A DNA stretch of 64,000 nucleotides from a virus (IMGVR_UViG_3300043464_001162:23045-87044); one strand, 5' to 3'; shown: positions 38,034-48,141, counted from the first letter of the stretch. Numbers and translations: made by a program. Notes: generated by a model not told the origin, from the sequence alone.

Positions 38034-40286
38034 ATGAATTCAGAAAATACTATGATGGGATTGCCGGCAGGATATCCATCTAAATCACAAGTTGATAAAA
38101 TAGAAAAGAAAAATAAAGAAATTCGTAAAAAATCAGATACGGATTCCGAATATGTCTACAATATTGTGGATGAAATTACGGATGATGTAAATAATTTTAT
38201 AGATGAATATTTCGACCTACCCTTAAACGAATCATTACTTTTGGAAGGTGGTGCAGCGGGTCACTTAGCACATCCGTTTGAAGATGGTGATTTGACATTC
38301 AACGACATGAAGGAAATGATAAAGAGGGGGCTAGTAGGTGGGTTGGATAAGGAAGCACCTGTTACTGAAAAATTAGACGGACAAAACATAGCATTCAGTT
38401 TTAAAGATGGTAAAATTATATTTGGTAGAAATAAAGGACATGTTAGAGATGGTGGTAAAAATGCATTAGATGTAAAAGGTATAACACAACAATTTGCAGG
38501 AAGAGGTGGCATTGAAAAGGCATTCGTTGGAGCTGCAGAAGATTTACAAAGTGCAATTTCAAAATTAACACCACAACAAACTAAGAATATGTTTAAAAAT
38601 GGTTCCAAATTTATGAGTTTGGAAATCATATTACCAGATACTCAAAATGTAATCCCATATGGTAAGAGTGTATTAGTAATGCATGGTACTATTGAATATA
38701 ACAAAGAAGGTGAACAAATAAATCGTTCCTCTACTGATGGTGAAGAATTTGCACAAGCAGTTCAAAAAGTAGGTGCAGATAAACAAAAAACATTTGGAAT
38801 AGAAGGCCCAAAAGTAATAGCATTTAGTGATGCAGAAAGTTTGAAATATGCAAAACTGGCAAAAGAATACAATTCTAACTTAAATGATATTGCAAAACAA
38901 TATGGTCTAAATAGTAAATCTAAATTAGAAGACTATCGTAATAAATGGTGGCAGAGAAAAATAGATAGTGAAAACAAAGAATCAAATCTTAATCTTTCTC
39001 CTAAAGAAAAAAAAGGTTTAGTAAATAGATGGGCAAATGGTGATAAAACTTTTGGTGTAAAATCTTTTGATGATAATACTAAATCGGATTGGTTCAGAAA
39101 CTTTGAAACAAACGAATTACAACAATCTCAAAAAGAAATGATTAAACCTATTGAGAATATATTTCTTAATGCAGGTGCACAAACATTAAAACGAGTTAGT
39201 AATTTTTTATCAACCAATAGTCCAACTGCAGCTAAAGAATTAAAAAGAGATACACTTACTGCAATAAAAGCTATTAGAGATAGTAAAGACCCAGATAAGA
39301 TTGCAAAACTTCAAAAAGAATTAGAAAGATTGGATAGTATTGGATTGGATAATTTAGTACCATCGGAAGGTGTAGTTTTTATGTATAATGGAAATCCATA
39401 TAAATACACAGGAACTTTTGCACCTATAAACCAAATTCAAGGAACTTTCAAATTTGATAAACCTGCAAAAAAAGAAGATAAGGTAGAGAAAAACGAAATA
39501 GCAATTTTCTCAGGTAGATTCCAACCATTTCATGCAGGACATTATAGTATCTATAAATCATTAGTTGACAAATTTGGTAAAGATAATGTTTATATATCAT
39601 CATCGAATATAACTGACCCTGTTAAATCTCCTTTTCCATTTAAAGATAAAAAGGCAATAATGAATAAAATGTTTGGTATTCCAACAAGCAAAATTGTTCA
39701 GGTTAAAAATCCATATTCACCAGCTGAAATACTAAGTAAATACCCAGAGGATACAAAATATGTAACTGCAGTATCCGAAAAGGATGCAGAAAGATTGGAA
39801 ATGGGTGGTAAATATTTCAAAAACTATGATAAAGTTCCTGACAATAAAAAGAAAGGATATGAAGATGAGGGATATTATATAATTGCACCTGAAATGCAAT
39901 TAAAAGTAAATAGAAAAAATATAAGTGGTACACAATTAAGAGCTACTTTTGGAAATGATTTATTAACTACAAAAGAAAAGAAAGATATATTTAATCAAGT
40001 TTATCCAAAATTTGACAAAGATGTTTTTGCAAATATAGTAGCTACAACCAAAAAAGCAGAAGCATTAAAAAAATCAAAACAAGTTACCAAAGATACAGCT
40101 TTAAAATCAAAATTAAAATCATTAGACCCTAAAACTAAAAAGAAAGTACAAAAAGCTTTACAAACTAAAATTAAAAATCCTGTTACTGGAAATACAATAT
40201 TAGTTAAATCTGCATTAAAATATGATGATAGTCAATCGGTAAAAAAACTTGCAGTTGGTCTAATAAAACAAGCTATGAAAAAATAA
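38034..40286 (+). CDS. Fusion of a ligase-like nucleotidyltransferase domain and an HxGH cytidylyltransferase-like domain
   Basis: TEKLDGQN, SEGVVF, YK in the N-half; SGRFQPFHAGHY and ISGTQLR in the C-half; acidic leader ending LLLE. Confidence 0.7.
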   Translation: MNSENTMMGLPAGYPSKSQVDKIEKKNKEIRKKSDTDSEYVYNIVDEITDDVNNFIDEYFDLPLNESLLLEGGAAGHLAHPFEDGDLTFNDMKEMIKRGLVGGLDKEAPVTEKLDGQNIAFSFKDGKIIFGRNKGHVRDGGKNALDVKGITQQFAGRGGIEKAFVGAAEDLQSAISKLTPQQTKNMFKNGSKFMSLEIILPDTQNVIPYGKSVLVMHGTIEYNKEGEQINRSSTDGEEFAQAVQKVGADKQKTFGIEGPKVIAFSDAESLKYAKLAKEYNSNLNDIAKQYGLNSKSKLEDYRNKWWQRKIDSENKESNLNLSPKEKKGLVNRWANGDKTFGVKSFDDNTKSDWFRNFETNELQQSQKEMIKPIENIFLNAGAQTLKRVSNFLSTNSPTAAKELKRDTLTAIKAIRDSKDPDKIAKLQKELERLDSIGLDNLVPSEGVVFMYNGNPYKYTGTFAPINQIQGTFKFDKPAKKEDKVEKNEIAIFSGRFQPFHAGHYSIYKSLVDKFGKDNVYISSSNITDPVKSPFPFKDKKAIMNKMFGIPTSKIVQVKNPYSPAEILSKYPEDTKYVTAVSEKDAERLEMGGKYFKNYDKVPDNKKKGYEDEGYYIIAPEMQLKVNRKNISGTQLRATFGNDLLTTKEKKDIFNQVYPKFDKDVFANIVATTKKAEALKKSKQVTKDTALKSKLKSLDPKTKKKVQKALQTKIKNPVTGNTILVKSALKYDDSQSVKKLAVGLIKQAMKK

Positions 40287-40353
40287 AAAATTATTTTTGA
40301 TAGATTATTTTGATATATATAATATAAAGAAACAGTTATAAAAGTATAGAAAT

Positions 40354-41022
40354 ATGGCAAAAAGAAAAAGTTTTGATGAGAAATCAAAAGGGATGCACAA
40401 ATCTCGTAAACTCATCATAGACACGGTTTTTGGAAGAACGGATAATAATCAAACTCATTTTGGTTATGAAGGTGAGGTTGAACAAAAAAGAGAAGTAGGT
40501 GAAAGATGGGTTGACAACGATGGTAAAGAGTGGGAACAAAAAGAAGGTTTCAAAGTTGCAGTCACTCAAATGGACGATGTTAGACAATTTTTACAAAAGC
40601 TGAGTACATGTTCAGTTGAAGATTGTAAAACAGAAACATATAGTTCTGCAGACAAAAAACTAATTCGTAAAACAGGAATGTGTATAGTTTGTCTTGCAAA
40701 ATTTGAACAAGGTTTAAAACAAGATGGAACATATCCTTTCTATGAAGATTATAAGATAACAAGAAATAAACTTGCTTATGTTAGAGAATTGAAAGATAGA
40801 TATGAAGAAGCTTTGGGTGGTATTAAAAAACAAATGGAAATTATCACCGAAGATGGTAGAACCGAAACTTGGACATGGGATGTGGATATTGAAAAAGTAA
40901 AACAAGATTTAAAAAAAGATATAGATGGTGCATATGATGCCATTGAATTATTAATAGAAAGAAAAAGGTTATTAGAAGAAAAATTGGTTGAGTTAAATCA
41001 TCCAGAATTAATTAAAAAATAA
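40354..41022 (+). CDS. Hypothetical protein with Cys pairs (possible Zn binding)
   Basis: CSVEDC and CIVC; ORF in packaging-gene context. Confidence 0.6.
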   Translation: MAKRKSFDEKSKGMHKSRKLIIDTVFGRTDNNQTHFGYEGEVEQKREVGERWVDNDGKEWEQKEGFKVAVTQMDDVRQFLQKLSTCSVEDCKTETYSSADKKLIRKTGMCIVCLAKFEQGLKQDGTYPFYEDYKITRNKLAYVRELKDRYEEALGGIKKQMEIITEDGRTETWTWDVDIEKVKQDLKKDIDGAYDAIELLIERKRLLEEKLVELNHPELIKK

Positions 41023-41027
41023 AAATT

Positions 41028-41675
41028 ATGAAAAAATTCTTAAATTTAAAAAACATTGCAATTGCAGTATTAGTAGTAATCGTATTATTAGAGTATTTTA
41101 ACCCAGGTGGAAAGATGCCAGGTAGAACTGTTAGAATTGATGGTAAAAAATACGAAGTTATTAAACATGACATAGATACATTTGAAGTTGTTAAAACCAA
41201 AGTAGTAACTAAAAAAGGTTCGGATATCTATCATGAAACAATTGTAGAAAAGGAAGTAGTAATCCCTGCAATAGTGGATACTCAAGCATTATTAAAAGAT
41301 TATTATTCAAAAGTATTATACAAAGATGTATTAGTATTACCTGATTCATTAGGAACAGTTTCAGTAACAGATACAATCTCACAAAACAAAATCTTAGGTA
41401 GAACTTTCGATGCTAAAGTAAAAGAAAGAACTATTAAAGAAACTATGATTGTTAAAGAATTGCCAAAGACACAAGTATATTATGGTTTCAATGGTGGATT
41501 TAACAAAGCAGATGTTGTATCAAACATAGGTGCAGGTGTTATTGTAAAAACTAAAAAAGATAAAATCTACCAAGTTGGTGTGGGTGTTGCAAATAGAGTA
41601 ACAGACGGAACCAACGGAGCATTGTCACCATATGTTGGTGCTGGTGTATATTGGAAGATTAAATTCAAAAAATAA
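41028..41675 (+). CDS. Membrane-anchored protein, candidate spanin-like lysis protein
   Basis: N-terminal basic + hydrophobic segment; Gly/aromatic amphipathic beta strands at the C-terminus (GAGVYWKIKF). Confidence 0.4.
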   Translation: MKKFLNLKNIAIAVLVVIVLLEYFNPGGKMPGRTVRIDGKKYEVIKHDIDTFEVVKTKVVTKKGSDIYHETIVEKEVVIPAIVDTQALLKDYYSKVLYKDVLVLPDSLGTVSVTDTISQNKILGRTFDAKVKERTIKETMIVKELPKTQVYYGFNGGFNKADVVSNIGAGVIVKTKKDKIYQVGVGVANRVTDGTNGALSPYVGAGVYWKIKFKK

Positions 41676-43285
41676 TGGGAGTTCAGGGGCAACCTAAGAA
41701 AACATTAAAAGAGATAATTGCTGAAGAATATCGCAAGTGTGCGTTAGACCCAATTTACTTTATGAAAAAGTATTGTGTCATTCAGCATCCGGTGAGAGGA
41801 AAAATACCCTTTCACCTTTATCCATTCCAGGAGGATTGTTTAACAGACTTCAAAGATAATCGTTTTAACATTATTCTTAAATCTCGTCAGTTGGGTCTAT
41901 CGACTCTATCTGCAGGATTTATTTTATGGAAGATGTTATTCAACCAAGACTTCAATGCGTTGGTAATTGCAACCAAAGTAACTGTTGCAAAGAATCTGGT
42001 AGAGAAGGTAAGAGTTATGCACGACTTACTTCCTATTTGGTTAAGAGATGGTGGTAGTTCATCGGTTGAAGATAACAAACTTTCCCTTAAATTAAAAAAT
42101 GGTTCACAAGTAAAAGCAATCGCAAGTTCTCCAGACGCAGGCCGTTCGGAAGCATTGTCATTGTTAGTTGTGGATGAAGCTGCATTCATTAGAGACATTG
42201 ATGAGATTTGGTTATCTGCACAATCAACCCTATCAACGGGTGGTTCTGCAATTGTATTGTCTACTCCAAATGGTATCGGTAATTGGTTCCATAAAATGTG
42301 GGTAGATGGTGAATCTGGCCAAAACGGATTTAATAATATCAATTTACATTGGACTGTTCACCCTGAAAGAAATCAGGCATGGAGAGATGAACAAACTCGT
42401 ATCTTAGGAGTAAAAGGTGCAGCACAAGAATGTGATTGTGACTTTGTTGGTTCTGGTGATACGGTATTTGAACCTGCATTACTGACTTGGTATAAGGACA
42501 CATATGTAATGGAACCTGTTGAAAAGAGAGGGTTTGATAGTAATTTGTGGGTATGGGAACATCCTAATTATAATAGAAGTTATATGATATCTGCCGATGT
42601 CGCTAGAGGTGACGGAGCCGACTATTCTACTGCACAAGTAATTGATATTGAAGATTCTTCACAAGTTGCAGAATATAGAGGTAAAATTGACACAAAAGAT
42701 TTTGGTAATTTCCTTACAGCATTGGCAACGGAATATAATAATGCATTGTTAGTAATTGAAAACTCAAATGTTGGATGGGCATGTATTCAACAGGTAATTG
42801 ATAGAGGATATCCAAATTTATTCTATATGAGTAATGATTTACAATATATAGATACCCAACGACAGATATCAAACAAATATTATAGAGACGAAAGACAAAT
42901 GGTTGCCGGATTTTCAACAACATCTAAAACCCGTCCACTTATCATTTCTGCATTGGACACATATATGAATGATAAAGATATTCTAATTCGTTCAAATAGA
43001 TTGATAGATGAAATGTTTACATTCATTTGGCATAGTGGTAGAGCAGAAGCAATGAAAGGATATAATGATGACCTTATTATGGCATTGGGTATTGGACTAT
43101 GGGTTCGTAATACTGCACTTCGTTTAAAACAAGAGGGAATTGATTTGACAAAAAATATGTTAAACGCAACAACAATTAACTCAAATCAGGGAGTTTATTC
43201 TTCAAATTGGCAAAATCAAACAAATCCATACGAAATGGAAGTTCGTAAGGGAGAAATAGAAAACCTAACTTGGTTACTTAAGTAA
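41675..43285 (+). CDS. terL: Terminase large subunit (T4 gp17-like)
   Basis: LYPFQ, KSRQLGLST Walker A, VVDEAAF Walker B, STPNG, DVARG..DYS, NDDL nuclease motifs. Confidence 0.95.
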   Translation: MGVQGQPKKTLKEIIAEEYRKCALDPIYFMKKYCVIQHPVRGKIPFHLYPFQEDCLTDFKDNRFNIILKSRQLGLSTLSAGFILWKMLFNQDFNALVIATKVTVAKNLVEKVRVMHDLLPIWLRDGGSSSVEDNKLSLKLKNGSQVKAIASSPDAGRSEALSLLVVDEAAFIRDIDEIWLSAQSTLSTGGSAIVLSTPNGIGNWFHKMWVDGESGQNGFNNINLHWTVHPERNQAWRDEQTRILGVKGAAQECDCDFVGSGDTVFEPALLTWYKDTYVMEPVEKRGFDSNLWVWEHPNYNRSYMISADVARGDGADYSTAQVIDIEDSSQVAEYRGKIDTKDFGNFLTALATEYNNALLVIENSNVGWACIQQVIDRGYPNLFYMSNDLQYIDTQRQISNKYYRDERQMVAGFSTTSKTRPLIISALDTYMNDKDILIRSNRLIDEMFTFIWHSGRAEAMKGYNDDLIMALGIGLWVRNTALRLKQEGIDLTKNMLNATTINSNQGVYSSNWQNQTNPYEMEVRKGEIENLTWLLK

Positions 43286-43292
43286 TTTTTTT

Positions 43293-43301
43293 ATATTTAT
43301 A
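43293..43301 (+). promoter_or_regulatory. Putative late promoter motif ATATTTATA
   Basis: Recurrent intergenic motif. Confidence 0.55.
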
Positions 43302-43318
43302 TGTTGAAACTATCATAA

Positions 43319-44299
43319 ATGAATGAAGATTTAAATAAGTGGTTTAAAGAAAAATGGGTGAACATCGGCAAAAAAGTTGATGGCAAACACCCACCATGTG
43401 GAACTTCAGGAGAAAAAAGTGGTTATGCAAAATGTGTTCCAGCTGCAAAAGCTGCCGGAATGAGTAAAAAAGAAAAAGAATCTGCAACTCATAGAAAAAG
43501 AGCTGCACAAAATAAAGCTGGAAGAGGTGGTAAAGATAGTAGTGGACAAGGTAAAACTCCAATATATGTCTCAACTAAGAAAAACGAAAATATGAATATA
43601 GAAGAAAAACTAAATTTATTTTTAGAAAAGAATTGTCCAACTGACCCTGGTAAATGGGCAGCATCAAAGGCAGCAGCAAAATCTAAATTCGATGTTTATC
43701 CATCTGCATACGCAAATGGTTGGGCATCTAAGAATTACAAAGGTAAAGGTGGTGGATGGAGAAAATGCAATGAAAGTATACAAGAAGCAAATGCATTAGA
43801 TGAATGTTGGGATGGATATAGAGAGATTGGTGGAAAAATGAAAAATGGTAAAATGGTTCCAAATTGTGTTCCTGTAAAAGAGGATATCAATAGTGATGAT
43901 GATGTTAATAATGGTTTAGTTGAACCTGAAGAATATGATGTAGATAATTATGATGATTTTAAAGACTTTATAGAATACATAAAAGAATACAATAAAGAAT
44001 TATCAGAAGCAACTTGTCCTTGTTTAACTGAAGCAGAATATCAAGGTAGAAATGTTCCGTTAGGTAAACCAATGAGAGGTGATGTAAAGAAATTTAAAGT
44101 ATATGTAAAAAACCCTGCAGGTAATGTAGTAAAGGTAAACTTTGGACATGGTGGAACATCTGCAGCGGCTAAGGGTGAGAAAACGATGAAGATAAGAAAA
44201 TCTAACCCAAAGGCGAGAAAATCGTTTAGAGCTAGACACAATTGTGCAAATCCAGGACCAAGAACAAAAGCAAGATATTGGAGTTGTAGAAAATGGTAA
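43319..44299 (+). CDS. Modular basic head-internal protein (four small Cys/Trp/Lys-rich modules)
   Basis: KWFKEKWV..KCVP, YPSAYANGW..GGGWR, CWDGY..VPNCVP, RKSFRARHNC..ARYWSC modules separated by xxE sites. Confidence 0.6.
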   Translation: MNEDLNKWFKEKWVNIGKKVDGKHPPCGTSGEKSGYAKCVPAAKAAGMSKKEKESATHRKRAAQNKAGRGGKDSSGQGKTPIYVSTKKNENMNIEEKLNLFLEKNCPTDPGKWAASKAAAKSKFDVYPSAYANGWASKNYKGKGGGWRKCNESIQEANALDECWDGYREIGGKMKNGKMVPNCVPVKEDINSDDDVNNGLVEPEEYDVDNYDDFKDFIEYIKEYNKELSEATCPCLTEAEYQGRNVPLGKPMRGDVKKFKVYVKNPAGNVVKVNFGHGGTSAAAKGEKTMKIRKSNPKARKSFRARHNCANPGPRTKARYWSCRKW

Positions 44300-44300
44300 A

Positions 44301-44332
44301 TTTGGAAAAGTGGAAAATTTTTCATATATTTA
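44301..44332 (+). promoter_or_regulatory. Bacteroidota-type promoter (TTTG-N20-TATATTTA)
   Basis: TTTG 44301-44304 and TATATTTA 44325-44332 upstream of the portal gene. Confidence 0.55.
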
Positions 44333-44353
44333 GAAAAATAGAATTATATAAAA

Positions 44354-46096
44354 ATGGCAGATAAATCAATATTTAGTAGGTTACAAAAATTATTTTCAAC
44401 AAATACTATTGTTAGAAAAACGGCGAAAGGAATCAAAGTAGTAGATACCGATGAGTATCAAAACATGACTACTAACCTCGTTGACCGTTTTATGAAACTA
44501 AAAGTTACAAATTACGGAACTGGACAAGTAGAATCTTCATTAGCATATCAACAAGTTAGAATTGATTTGTTTAGAGATTATGACTCAATGGATACAGACC
44601 CAATTTTATCATCAGCATTAAATGTTTATGCAGACGAATGTACTGCAAGAAACGAATTCGGTAGTGTATTAAAGATACATCATGAAGATGACCAAATCAA
44701 ACAAGTATTAGAAAATTTATTTTACGATACACTTAATGTTGAATTTAACTTATGGCCATGGGTTAGAAATTTGGTTAAATATGGTGATTTTTATTTACAA
44801 TTAGAAATGGCAGATGAATTTGGTATTGTTAATACAAATCCATTATCCGTATATGAAATGAGTAGAGTTGAAGGATTTGACCAAGAAAATCCACAAAGAG
44901 TTAAATTTGTATACGCACCATATCAAAATCCAAATAGTGGATATTCTCAAAATAATAAAAAAGAATTTGAAAACTACGAAATTGCACACTTTAGATTAAA
45001 TGGTGATGCAAACTTCTTACCTTATGGAAAATCTATGTTAGAAGGTGCTAGAAGAGTTTGGAAACAATTGATGTTGATGGAAGATGCAATGTTAATCCAC
45101 AGAGTTATGAGAGCTCCTGAAAAGAGAATCTTTAAAGTGGATGTTGGTAATATTCCACCAAATGAAGTGGATAACTACATGCAAAAGATTATTAACTCAT
45201 CTAAAAAAGTTCCATTTGTTGACGAAAGAACTGGTGAGTATAACTTAAAATATAATATGCAAAACTTAATTGAAGATTATTACATGCCAGTTCGTGGTAG
45301 TGATAATGGAACTTCAATTGATACCCTAAAAGGTTTAGAATATAATATGATTGATGATATCAATTATTTAAAAAATAAATTGATGTCAGCTTTACAAATT
45401 CCAAAAGCATATTTAGGATACGAAGAAGATACCAATGGTAAAGCAACTCTTGCAGCAATGGATGTTAGATTTGCAAAAACAATTGAAAGAATTCAAAGAG
45501 TAATTGTATCCGAATTAACTAAAATTGCAATCGTTCACTTATATGCACAAGGAATTGAAGATGATAGATTAACTGCTTTCACATTAGAATTAACTATTCC
45601 ATCTAAAATATACGAACAAGAAAAGGTTGAATTGTATACATCAAAAATAGCATTGATTCAACAAATGCAACAAACCAAAATGGTTTCAAAAGAATGGATG
45701 TATAAGGCTATATTAAATATGGCTAAAGATGAACAAGATGAAATGACAATGCAAGTATTAGATGATACAAAACAATCATTCCGCTTAACTTCTATTGAAA
45801 CTCAGGGTATGGACCCGGCTAAACCAACCGGAACCGAAGGTACGACAAATGTTGAAGAAGAGATAGATAATATCAATTTAGAATTAGCAAATGAAGACGA
45901 AGGTGGTAGACCTAAAGACCCTACGAGATATGGTAAAGATGACCATCCACAAGGTAGAGACCCATTAGGTATTAAAACACTTAAACAAAAAGAAGGTTCT
46001 GTAAAATATAAACCCAGAGAATCATATACTGAGATATTTAAAGATATGAAGGGTAATAAAAAAAAGATTTTAACAGAGAATTTAACAAAAAAGTAA
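44354..46096 (+). CDS. Portal protein (T4 gp20-like)
   Basis: LMEDAMLIHRVMRAPEKRIFKVDVGN.P, EDYYMP.RG, IDTL.G. Confidence 0.95.
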   Translation: MADKSIFSRLQKLFSTNTIVRKTAKGIKVVDTDEYQNMTTNLVDRFMKLKVTNYGTGQVESSLAYQQVRIDLFRDYDSMDTDPILSSALNVYADECTARNEFGSVLKIHHEDDQIKQVLENLFYDTLNVEFNLWPWVRNLVKYGDFYLQLEMADEFGIVNTNPLSVYEMSRVEGFDQENPQRVKFVYAPYQNPNSGYSQNNKKEFENYEIAHFRLNGDANFLPYGKSMLEGARRVWKQLMLMEDAMLIHRVMRAPEKRIFKVDVGNIPPNEVDNYMQKIINSSKKVPFVDERTGEYNLKYNMQNLIEDYYMPVRGSDNGTSIDTLKGLEYNMIDDINYLKNKLMSALQIPKAYLGYEEDTNGKATLAAMDVRFAKTIERIQRVIVSELTKIAIVHLYAQGIEDDRLTAFTLELTIPSKIYEQEKVELYTSKIALIQQMQQTKMVSKEWMYKAILNMAKDEQDEMTMQVLDDTKQSFRLTSIETQGMDPAKPTGTEGTTNVEEEIDNINLELANEDEGGRPKDPTRYGKDDHPQGRDPLGIKTLKQKEGSVKYKPRESYTEIFKDMKGNKKKILTENLTKK

Positions 46097-46113
46097 TAAA
46101 GTAATATAAAAAC

Positions 46114-46122
46114 ATATTTATA
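46114..46122 (+). promoter_or_regulatory. Putative late promoter motif ATATTTATA
   Basis: Recurrent intergenic motif. Confidence 0.55.
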
Positions 46123-46143
46123 TCTGATAAATAATATCAATTG

Positions 46144-47016
46144 ATGAAAAAAATAAAGCATTCAAAGTTTAAAAATACCGGATTTATATTCGAATTATTA
46201 GTAAGACAAATCACGTCCGAAATAATGTCTAATAACAAATCTGTTGCAGAAAAAATTTTAAAAGAACATTTTAATTCAAAAAAAGAATTATCTAAAGAAT
46301 TGAAATTATATCAATATCTTGTTAATGAAAAATACAATTCAGAATCAAAAGCTGAACAGTTCATCAACACAATATTAGAAGCTCGTAAAAGATTAGATGA
46401 AACTAAACTTACAAGAGAAAAATATAATCTTATTAAAGAAATTAAAGAAACTTATAATTTAGATGAATTTATAAAATCATCTATTTCAAATTATAAAACT
46501 CTTGCATCTATTTATAAAATATTTGAAACCGTTACATCGGTAGAACAATTTGACCCAACTGATATCGTTTCATCTCGTTTTACAATTGCAGAAAATATAA
46601 TCAACTCATCTATTGAAAATAAAGATGTAAAAATTAAAGATGCAGTTTTAGAAGAATATAGAAAACAAGATGAAGATTTAAGAGCGGTATCTTATAAATT
46701 ATTAGTAGAATCTTTTAATAGTAAATACAAAAATCTAACCGAAGACCAGAAAGGATTATTAAGAGAATATATTAACAACATCAATAACACAGGTAAATTG
46801 AATCAATATGTTAATGAAGAAGTAACTAAATTAGTAGATTCATTAAAAGAAGTTGGTTCTAAAATTTCTGACAAAGTTACTAAAATTAAATTAGCAGAAA
46901 CAATTGCAAATGTTAGAAAAATTAAATCTGTAAAAAAGATTAAAGAACAACATTTATCTGCAATGATGATGACATATGAACTATTAGGTGAACTAAAACA
47001 ATCGATTAAAAAATAA
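46144..47016 (+). CDS. Helical head-assembly (prohead core-like) protein
   Basis: Between portal and protease; IKHSKFKNTG start; ATG at 46144 preferred over TTG at 46141. Confidence 0.5.
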   Translation: MKKIKHSKFKNTGFIFELLVRQITSEIMSNNKSVAEKILKEHFNSKKELSKELKLYQYLVNEKYNSESKAEQFINTILEARKRLDETKLTREKYNLIKEIKETYNLDEFIKSSISNYKTLASIYKIFETVTSVEQFDPTDIVSSRFTIAENIINSSIENKDVKIKDAVLEEYRKQDEDLRAVSYKLLVESFNSKYKNLTEDQKGLLREYINNINNTGKLNQYVNEEVTKLVDSLKEVGSKISDKVTKIKLAETIANVRKIKSVKKIKEQHLSAMMMTYELLGELKQSIKK

Positions 47017-47020
47017 AATT

Positions 47021-47248
47021 ATGAGTGTAAATTATAGAGCATATAACGCAAAATTAGTAACATCTGGTTCTGCCGCATTAATAGATAGAGTGTGGGGTGT
47101 GTTACCTGTGAGTGGTGTGACCGGTACAATTACTTTAGAAGGTAATACAACCATTTCATTGGCACATTTAACAGCAGGAGAACCTTTTCCTTGTTATGTA
47201 AAAAGTATTTCAGTAACCAATGGTGGTTCTGTTTATGTATTAGCTTAA
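47021..47248 (+). CDS. Small beta-rich virion protein (75 aa)
   Basis: Head-gene cluster; beta-rich, carries TSGS. Confidence 0.55.
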   Translation: MSVNYRAYNAKLVTSGSAALIDRVWGVLPVSGVTGTITLEGNTTISLAHLTAGEPFPCYVKSISVTNGGSVYVLA

Positions 47249-47258
47249 TATTATCAAA

Positions 47259-47843
47259 ATGCCAGCAGTATCAAAAGCACAACAACGATTTATGGGTATG
47301 GTTCATGCAGCTCAAAAAGGTGATATGGAAAATCCATCACCAGAAGTTGCAAAAGCAGCCGATTCAATGTCTGACAAAGATGCTAAAGACTTTGCATCAA
47401 CTAAACACAAAGGATTGCCAAATAAAGTTAAAAAAGAATCAATCATAAAACTTAAAGAAATTATTAAGGGAATGATTGACGAAATGAATACTACTGCAAA
47501 TGTACAAGGATATAATACTCCAAATGCATTCGGTAAAAAAGGTAGCGAGAAAAAAACTGCAAAGAAGGCTGCAAAACTAACAGGATATAGTGTAGTTAAT
47601 GAGAATCGTTGGATTGAATTAAAAAAAGAAGATTCTCCTGCATATGTAAAAGTTAATAAAGGAATATCTAATATCAATAAACAACTTGCAGAAATTGAAA
47701 AATTTATGGGTTGGTATGGTAGATTGAAACAAGAGAATGGAGTAAGTAATCAAAATTTCTGGAAAAGAACGAATAAACATATTTATACTATAAAAGAAAG
47801 ATTACTTAAATTAGAACAACAAATCAGAAAAATAGCACAATAA
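47259..47843 (+). CDS. Modular head-internal protein
   Basis: MPAVSKAQQRFMGMV..DFASTKHKGLP module, IDE/MNE-type sites, terminal coiled coil. Confidence 0.55.
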   Translation: MPAVSKAQQRFMGMVHAAQKGDMENPSPEVAKAADSMSDKDAKDFASTKHKGLPNKVKKESIIKLKEIIKGMIDEMNTTANVQGYNTPNAFGKKGSEKKTAKKAAKLTGYSVVNENRWIELKKEDSPAYVKVNKGISNINKQLAEIEKFMGWYGRLKQENGVSNQNFWKRTNKHIYTIKERLLKLEQQIRKIAQ

Positions 47844-47844
47844 A

Positions 47845-48141
47845 ATGAATTTAGAAGAATTAAAAAACATTGTTAGAGAAGTATTAGACGAGCAAACAAA
47901 TGACTACGAAAAGTTTTTTAAGCGTATGCTTTCAAAAACAGGTCATTCATTAAAGGATATGTCTCCTAAAGCAAAATCTAAATTCTTTATTGCAGTTGAT
48001 AAAGCTTATAAAGCTAAGAACGAAGGTAGATTAAAAGGATATAACGAAGACTTACCTGGAAACCAAGATGTATTGGATGTAGATAAAGATGGTGAAATTG
48101 AGGCATCTGATTTGGCATCATTAAGAAATAAGAAAAAGTAA
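47845..48141 (+). CDS. Small head-associated protein with EF-hand-like loop
   Basis: DVDKDGEIEASD at 48076-48111. Confidence 0.6.
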   Translation: MNLEELKNIVREVLDEQTNDYEKFFKRMLSKTGHSLKDMSPKAKSKFFIAVDKAYKAKNEGRLKGYNEDLPGNQDVLDVDKDGEIEASDLASLRNKKK

